This document shows positions 26,952 to 32,329 of a stretch of 32,329 nucleotides of DNA, piece by piece. The notes below the pieces were generated by a model. The model ran no database searches. It was not told where the DNA came from and worked only from the letters and a program-made list of their open reading frames with translations. Position 1 is the stretch's first letter, and each line of letters starts with the position of its first letter. The position numbers and the translations under genes were made by a program. This DNA is from a virus (Duplodnaviria; Caudoviricetes), in IMG/VR virus record IMGVR_UViG_3300005758_000042, positions 1 to 32,329 of that record. One strand, given 5' to 3'.

Positions 26952-27197
26952 TTAAGCTAAGTCTTCTGTTCCGTTTTGTTTGCGTTCAACAGCCAATTTC
27001 TCAGCCCTCTTACGCTCCCAAGCGTCATAAGCCGTAGGGAATTGACCTGTAATTCCTTCCAACTTAAACATGGGTTTTGAGATTATGCGTTTAGCGTCTT
27101 TTGAACAGATAGGGCAAGCCTTTGTTCGGACACTATCATCCACATAAGCCTCAGTTACATGAAAATCCTCACAGCAGAACTCAAACATTCGTTTCAT
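26952..27197 (-). CDS. FmdB-like zinc-ribbon protein (start moved to ATG 27197)
   Basis: MKRMFEFCCEDFH...CPICSKDAKRIISKP; GAGGAG SD. Confidence 0.75.
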   Translation of the reverse strand: MKRMFEFCCEDFHVTEAYVDDSVRTKACPICSKDAKRIISKPMFKLEGITGQFPTAYDAWERKRAEKLAVERKQNGTEDLA

Positions 27198-27423
27198 GTT
27201 GAAGCTCCTCGTAGGCTTTTTCACATATCTCCTTGCGCTGGAGAACCAGATTAAGAATATCTAACTGTCCTTGACGGAAATAAAGCGTTTGTGTGTCCGC
27301 GACAGTAGATAAATCGTTTAAACTAGCCTTCAATGCTTGGAAATCTTCCATCAACAATGACCACCCTTTGGTAGCCATCATTGAAAACATTTCTTCGTAG
27401 TAAACTTGTAGTTCTTTGTCCAT
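27181..27423 (-). CDS. Conserved hypothetical protein downstream of the portal gene
   Basis: MFSMMATKGW...LYFRQGQLDIL. Confidence 0.75.
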   Translation of the reverse strand: MDKELQVYYEEMFSMMATKGWSLLMEDFQALKASLNDLSTVADTQTLYFRQGQLDILNLVLQRKEICEKAYEELQHETNV

Positions 27424-27453
27424 TTGGAGAACCTATTAGTTAATAATAACGGT

Positions 27454-27482
27454 AGCTTAACCTAAAAAGATTACTTTGTCAA
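27454..27482 (-). promoter_or_regulatory. Sigma-70-type promoter for the scaffold/capsid block
   Basis: TTGACA-N17-TAAGCT on - strand; the -35 overlaps the portal stop codon. Confidence 0.7.
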
Positions 27483-29482
27483 GCCTTTTTTGATCTATTC
27501 ATCATTTGAAGGGCTGCAATACGCTCATTTGAGGCAATATCAGCCGCTTTTAGGTTAACTTGCTTCTCTTTTAGCATAACATCTGCCAATTTCAGACGTT
27601 TCTCAAAGTCAGCACCGTTGTCCAGATTGGTGGCAGCAGCCTGAATAACGTCTACACGATGCTTTTCAGGAATCATCTGAGCTTCAATCATTGTTTTCTG
27701 AGCTTCTGCTTCCTCTTTAGAGGCTTTAGCAGACAGTTCTTGTATCTGAGCCTGAGTAAGAGCCTGCTGAAGCTGTTGAGCCTGCATAGCAGCCTGCTGA
27801 GCCTGCGGATTAGGTTGACTCATCTGATCCAAAGCCTGAATAAGCTCAGAACGATTAGAAAGTGAGCTATTAGACAGGATACCTTTTAGGATAATAGGCA
27901 GCACCGGAGTGTCAGGACCGAGGGTCTGCAACAAACCAATAAACTGCTGCTGTTCATACTCACGGGCCATAATACCCAAAGTACCTGTTGGAACAAAATC
28001 CATATCCACAGACGGATAACGCTCAGGATCGAATTGCATATAACGGAAGGCAGCTTTCCTGATAAAGGGAATAAGGAAATCTTCCTGGAAATTGCTCAAG
28101 GTACGTTTGTACTTCTTGATAATACCTGCCAAGACCATGCTCATTCCGCTTGCGCCTGCATCACGAGGAACATTGGAAGGCATTCCGGAGGCATCCACAG
28201 TTCCGGTGGCCTGAAGCAGCATACGCTCAAAATTCTGAGCTGCAGCAGCATTAGTTCCGTCAGTCTGCCCAAACTTAAACGGCATCAGGATCTCAGAAGG
28301 AGCGCCGTTGGTCAGGATAGCCTTACCAGGGCGAACCTCGAACTTAGCTCCACGAGGAAGACGGGTAGCATCCATAGCCACCATAGGAGCAGAAGTCAAG
28401 GCCATCGAGTCCAACATGGCACGATACTGGCTATCAATAGCTTTCTGCATATTAAATGCCTTCTCAGCTGTACCGCGCCCCCAGAAACGACCAGGAACCG
28501 TATCGTCTTGATACGCCACCACAGGGCGATCTTTCATCATATAAGGAGAGGCTTCAGCTTTCAAAAGAATACCATCATTGGCAATAACCACGATGGCTTC
28601 CACCAAATCCGCATAATCCTCTGCTTCAGAACCTTCAGGGAATAGATCTTCGTATTCACCTTCTTCAACACCTTCTAGGTACTCACGAGGAACTAGACCA
28701 TAATAGGTCAAAAGTTTAACCTTATCGTCACGGTATTGAGTTTCTTCTTGAGTAGGTTCAAGAAGCTGTGAGGGATAATCAGAACCAATATCAACCTTTT
28801 TATAGGTTCCGTTCTCCATGTTCTGAACCACTTTGTGGATGGAGACATACTTCTCAATCGCCACCCCAAGCGCATCCTCGATGCTATCAGCGTTAGGGTC
28901 AATCAAAAAGTTCTTTGGATTAACCGGCTTCAAAGGAACGCTGATACGGCTATATTCCTCTACGCCAATAGCAGCTGTGCCAGCAACACCAGGAATAGCT
29001 TTGGTAGCGGGACGATAGGCGGTGGTTTCTTTTACCAGAACTTCACCAATACCAGTACCATAGATTTCAGCCATCAATTCGATAGCGTCAATAGCTTTAA
29101 CAATCTTGTCTCGTTTGAAGTCTTCATTCAGCTTGGCTTTGATTTCTTCAACATCCAGAGGATTACCATTCACATCCATGATGTCATCTTTGATGTCAAA
29201 GAATTCGCCTTGACCAAAGATAGCTTCCATCACCTCAGCGTGTCGAGTCTCAATGGCTTGCTGCGTTGCAGGAGATACAATACGACTACGCTCAGTCTCT
29301 TTGGTTTTATCTAGCGCATTCCATTTACCACGGAAAATACGCTCATATTCTTCCCAATCAGGAAGGAAGTTTACATCACGGTAGTCACGCCACCGATCAG
29401 TATGTTCGATAACAAAGGAAACCAGTTCATTTTCAGGTTCCGTAGGTTCCTCAAACATATTTTCATCTGTAATTTCTGCCAT
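27479..29482 (-). CDS. Portal protein (P22-like)
   Basis: 667 aa; YGTGI; NFLIDPNA; PGRFWGRG; Gln-rich C-terminal coiled coil; follows the terminase. Confidence 0.9.
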   Translation of the reverse strand: MAEITDENMFEEPTEPENELVSFVIEHTDRWRDYRDVNFLPDWEEYERIFRGKWNALDKTKETERSRIVSPATQQAIETRHAEVMEAIFGQGEFFDIKDDIMDVNGNPLDVEEIKAKLNEDFKRDKIVKAIDAIELMAEIYGTGIGEVLVKETTAYRPATKAIPGVAGTAAIGVEEYSRISVPLKPVNPKNFLIDPNADSIEDALGVAIEKYVSIHKVVQNMENGTYKKVDIGSDYPSQLLEPTQEETQYRDDKVKLLTYYGLVPREYLEGVEEGEYEDLFPEGSEAEDYADLVEAIVVIANDGILLKAEASPYMMKDRPVVAYQDDTVPGRFWGRGTAEKAFNMQKAIDSQYRAMLDSMALTSAPMVAMDATRLPRGAKFEVRPGKAILTNGAPSEILMPFKFGQTDGTNAAAAQNFERMLLQATGTVDASGMPSNVPRDAGASGMSMVLAGIIKKYKRTLSNFQEDFLIPFIRKAAFRYMQFDPERYPSVDMDFVPTGTLGIMAREYEQQQFIGLLQTLGPDTPVLPIILKGILSNSSLSNRSELIQALDQMSQPNPQAQQAAMQAQQLQQALTQAQIQELSAKASKEEAEAQKTMIEAQMIPEKHRVDVIQAAATNLDNGADFEKRLKLADVMLKEKQVNLKAADIASNERIAALQMMNRSKKA

Positions 29483-29491
29483 TGTGTTTCC

Positions 29492-29752
29492 TTACCATTT
29501 AACTTTGTTGGCCCAATATGCAGCACTCATCTTACCTTTGGCAATGTTTGCAGCATGACGAGCCTTGAAAGCCTTGTTACGGGCTGTACCATCAGGAGAA
29601 CCTTGAACGCCTTGCTGTCCAAAGCGAATAGTCTTTACCTCGTCACCTTCTTTAGCCACCACAACGTGGCTCTTGGTAGGATGATTGGGAGTGCGTTTAG
29701 GTTTGTTGTAACCACTAACGCCTACACGAGCAAGTCTTGGATCAGTAGCCAT
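29492..29752 (-). CDS. Small basic conserved phage protein
   Basis: GYNKPKRTPNHPTKSHVV...IRFGQQG...FKARH...SAAYWANKVKW. Confidence 0.8.
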   Translation of the reverse strand: MATDPRLARVGVSGYNKPKRTPNHPTKSHVVVAKEGDEVKTIRFGQQGVQGSPDGTARNKAFKARHAANIAKGKMSAAYWANKVKW

Positions 29753-29760
29753 TTATGTCC

Positions 29761-31017
29761 TTAATAACCAGCAATCGGGTCAAGAATTTCAAATTCATCT
29801 TCTTCATAATCAGCGTTGTAGTTAGCAACTGCAAGCTGATCCACGTAACTCAAAGCATCCACTAAGTCATCATGCACACCATTGGTAGGGAACATGATGA
29901 GTTGATCCCTAAACTCAGTCCAATCTTCATTCTCATTGAATGAAATCCGTCCATGCTCAAGGCGTCCTTGAAGTGACCAAATAACTCGATCAGTTTTCTT
30001 TTTGTTTCCGTGAGTGAGATCATGAATATGAGCATAGATATTATTCTTCCTCATCAAGTCATTCAGATACGGTAAAACAGCATTCTTCAATGCTCCTCGC
30101 TCAATCCCAATTGCACTCGGTTGGAAATCCCTGATGGTTTTAAGAATATTGACAGCTGTTTGTCTAATATCCCATCGACCATGCTCAATACTATGAACCC
30201 ACCAATCACCGTTATCCAAAAGCTTAACAATAGCAATAGCAGTTTCATCTAAACGCTTCTTGGAAGCTCCAGCATTCTTAGCCACATCCTCAAATCCAGC
30301 CAAGTCCACCGCAACGTAATAAGCCCCAAACTGAGGTTCCTTAGCTTTCTTAAACCACTCTTCCTTAAAGACATCAGCACCAGCGGTATCAAAAGAACTT
30401 AGGTATTCCTGCTTGAAAGCAAATGAACTAAGCGTCTTTTTAGCAGCCTCAATTTCCTTCGGATCAATAGTCTCATTGTCCTTAGTGGTAAAATGCCAGC
30501 TTTTCCATTCTTCATCATCTTCTTGACCCAGTTGGAAAACATCATAAAACCAGTTACGGCCTGACGGAGTGGAGATAAACAACGCTCTACCCTTCTTGTC
30601 AGACAAAGATGCTCGAATAATCTTTTCCCAAACATCCTGCTTAACGAATGCACACTCGTCCAAGACTACATACGTCAAAGACATACCACGAAGACTGTCA
30701 GGGTTATCAGCCCCACGCACGAGAATCTTCCGTCCATTCACCAACGTGATCTCAAGGTTGTTCACATGACTGGACTTAATTACCGGCCTACCTAGCTCAT
30801 GCAACAAGTCCCAGATAATAGATCTTGCTTGCCCCAAAGTAGGAGCAATGTACATCACCGCTGATCCGTCAGGACAATTCAGAGCCTCAATCAATAGCGT
30901 TACCGCTGATAGACGAGATTTACCGCAACGTCTGCCTGCGGCAACCACCTTGAATCGTTTCTTAGACCCAAATACCTGCTGTTGCCACTTAAGGAGTTGG
31001 AAGTTAAGTTCAGCCAT
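29761..31017 (-). CDS. terL: Terminase large subunit
   Basis: Walker A AGRRCGKS; YIAPT; Walker B VVLDE; ISTP; nuclease VDLA...HDDLVDALSY. Confidence 0.96.
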   Translation of the reverse strand: MAELNFQLLKWQQQVFGSKKRFKVVAAGRRCGKSRLSAVTLLIEALNCPDGSAVMYIAPTLGQARSIIWDLLHELGRPVIKSSHVNNLEITLVNGRKILVRGADNPDSLRGMSLTYVVLDECAFVKQDVWEKIIRASLSDKKGRALFISTPSGRNWFYDVFQLGQEDDEEWKSWHFTTKDNETIDPKEIEAAKKTLSSFAFKQEYLSSFDTAGADVFKEEWFKKAKEPQFGAYYVAVDLAGFEDVAKNAGASKKRLDETAIAIVKLLDNGDWWVHSIEHGRWDIRQTAVNILKTIRDFQPSAIGIERGALKNAVLPYLNDLMRKNNIYAHIHDLTHGNKKKTDRVIWSLQGRLEHGRISFNENEDWTEFRDQLIMFPTNGVHDDLVDALSYVDQLAVANYNADYEEDEFEILDPIAGY

Positions 31018-31414
31018 CTAAATCCTTAATTTCCACATCAACCACATCATCCTGTTCCAAAACATCCTCAGCAAGGCCCACAGAAGGGCTTTGGAGCCCT
31101 GAAATGTTAATGGATATACTTGGGGTACTACCACCTTGTTTAGAGGCCTCAAAAGCCGATACAGGCACAATACGGTCGACAATCAACTTCCATGCTGCAG
31201 CTTGGTTCTTATGATCATCATTCAATGCTGCATCATAAATAGCCTCAAGCACCTTAGCACTCTTAGGTGAGTTGAGCATCCGTACCTTGTACTCATTGAT
31301 GATAGCCGTATCACCTTTTGGACGCCCAATAACCCCAGTATTCTTTTTCTTTACGGCGACAATCTCACCCTTCTTGGGACGCCCTCGACCACGCTTCTTA
31401 ACTTCTGGTTCCAT
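31010..31414 (-). CDS. Probable terminase small subunit (start moved to ATG 31414)
   Basis: Directly upstream of terL; AAAGGA SD; AT-hook-like KKRGRGRPKK and GRPKG; AAWKLIVDRIVP. Confidence 0.75.
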   Translation of the reverse strand: MEPEVKKRGRGRPKKGEIVAVKKKNTGVIGRPKGDTAIINEYKVRMLNSPKSAKVLEAIYDAALNDDHKNQAAAWKLIVDRIVPVSAFEASKQGGSTPSISINISGLQSPSVGLAEDVLEQDDVVDVEIKDLDG

Positions 31415-31500
31415 GTTTATCCTTTGGGACATGGTTAGACAATTCTTAATCTTTCGCATAACCCTTATAGGGGGTTAGACAAAAAATCTCAGAGCCCTAC

Positions 31501-31610
31501 TATACTTTAATGTACTCTAATGTTATATATTTATATATTTATATTAATGTATAACACTAATGTACTTTAGTGCTTTAATGTACATTAGTGTACTTCTATG
31601 TACATTAGAG
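31501..31610. repeat. AT-rich array of ~10-bp TGTAC(A/T)(T/C)TA(A/G) units
   Basis: tatactttaa 31501, tgtactctaa 31511, tgtactttag 31561, tgtacattag 31579, tgtacttcta 31589, tgtacattag 31599. Confidence 0.8.
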
Positions 31611-31612
31611 AT

Positions 31613-31641
31613 AGAGTATCATAAATAAACATAGTTGTCAA
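31613..31641 (-). promoter_or_regulatory. Sigma-70-type promoter for the late (packaging/structural) arm
   Basis: TTGACA-N17-TACTCT with extended TG on - strand, pointing at the small terminase gene. Confidence 0.65.
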
Positions 31642-31860
31642 GCATTTATGCACAAATAACATAAATATTTATTGTCTACAACTTATGCGGCTTCACTTTA
31701 AAGTCCCCTTTAAGGGTGCACAGATGGCACTTTAGAGTCTCTATTTGTCTTATGTTAAGTTATTTGTCTATGTCTAACACAATATCGTTATAAATCATAA
31801 CCTTATTTGATTCTCATCTGTCCCCAATTAAATTAACTATTTAGTTACTTTTTAGTTCCA

Positions 31861-31920
31861 GGTTTACTTTTTTGTGAACGCTAGAGGCTTAGTTTTCTTT
31901 TTTGTGAACGCTAGAGGCTA
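31861..31920 (+). repeat. 30-bp tandem duplication
   Basis: 27/30 identity; identical 23-bp core CTTTTTTGTGAACGCTAGAGGCT at 31867 and 31897. Confidence 0.9.
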
Positions 31921-32045
31921 CCGCAAAAGTAAACACTCACGTACACCCCTCCCCCCCTATGTCTCTGGAGCCACCAGCGAAGTGAGTACTTACTTCAGAG
32001 TTACTGACCAGTCAGTCATTAGTGCACACGTTAGTGAGTGCTTAC

Positions 32046-32094
32046 ACACTACAGGTAGTGTCTTAGGTTAGTGAGGACACACTATAGGTAGCGT
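32046..32094. promoter_or_regulatory. Pair of NrdR-box-like sites
   Basis: ACACTACAGGTAGTGT (32046-32061) and ACACTATAGGTAGCGT (32079-32094), 33 bp apart; consensus acaCwAtATaTwGtgt matched except at the centre. Confidence 0.5.
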
Positions 32095-32127
32095 GTGAGG
32101 GACGGTGTAGCACCCTCTAAAGGGTAC

Positions 32128-32157
32128 TGTGGATAACCTGTGAACTAATGTGGATAA
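32128..32157 (+). promoter_or_regulatory. DnaA boxes
   Basis: Perfect TGTGGATAA at 32128 and 32149; degenerate TGTGAACTA at 32139. Confidence 0.75.
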
Positions 32158-32168
32158 CTTTAAAGACC

Positions 32169-32223
32169 GGCAAATATTGCAGTCAAAGCGGCAAAAATTG
32201 CCGTTAGTGTGGCAAATATTGCC
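32169..32223. promoter_or_regulatory. Three phased palindromes, candidate upstream activator sequences
   Basis: GGCAAATATTGCA 32169, GGCAAAAATTGCC 32190, GGCAAATATTGCC 32211; exact 21-bp period. Confidence 0.7.
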
Positions 32224-32264
32224 GCTGGTGTTCAGAATTTGAATACTATAGGTTTACAAAATAG

Positions 32265-32281
32265 CTGGCACGGGAGTTGCA
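32265..32281 (+). promoter_or_regulatory. Sigma-54 (RpoN) -24/-12 promoter
   Basis: CTGGCACGGGAGTTGCA matches YTGGCACG-N4-TTGCW; GG and GC are 10 nt apart; AAGGA SD follows at the window end. Confidence 0.8.
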
Positions 32282-32329
32282 ATATAGATTGTGCCTGCAA
32301 CGGGCAATAACTTGCAAAGGATCAGCAAT

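Noticed and set aside
31861-31920. Possible CRISPR mini-array
   Set aside because: Only two abutting copies, no spacer of suitable length, and no cas genes.
31874-32071. 65-aa ORF in the terminal region
   Set aside because: No SD; simply translates the tandem repeat and palindromes.
32230-32262. IHF site between the palindromes and the sigma-54 promoter
   Set aside because: AT-rich but only a poor match to WATCAANNNNTTR.
1-32329. Stop-codon reassignment, introns/inteins, tRNAs or a diversity-generating retroelement
   Set aside because: Core genes are intact and of normal length in the standard code; no reverse transcriptase, template/variable repeat pair or cloverleaf was seen by eye.

Overview
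Most of a lytic podovirus genome with two convergent arms, resembling the SIO1/cobavirus (Zobellviridae) layout. The + arm (1-11732) carries small accessory early genes, a T7-type primase-helicase, family A DNA polymerase, probable SSB, 5'-3' exonuclease, PD-(D/E)xK nuclease, ThyX, a metallophosphoesterase, DUF3310 and a class II (B12-dependent) ribonucleotide reductase. The - arm (31414-11763) carries terminase subunits, a P22-like portal, scaffold, major capsid, fibre proteins, adaptor/nozzle, probable ejection proteins and a lysis cassette. A bidirectional terminator separates the arms. No RNA polymerase, integrase, tRNA or CRISPR is visible in the window. The most striking element is the ~870 bp non-coding end (31460-32329). 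It is an ordered array of host-type regulator sites: GTGAGTRYTYAC palindromes, paired NrdR-like boxes, two perfect DnaA boxes and three 21-bp-phased GGCAAAWATTGCM palindromes. These sit upstream of a consensus sigma-54 (-24/-12) promoter that points towards the presumed early genes. Also notable are a repeated gene-junction sequence in the early region and a shared C-terminal DGGTY motif on two fibre/adaptor proteins. All calls come from reading the sequence; no searches were run.
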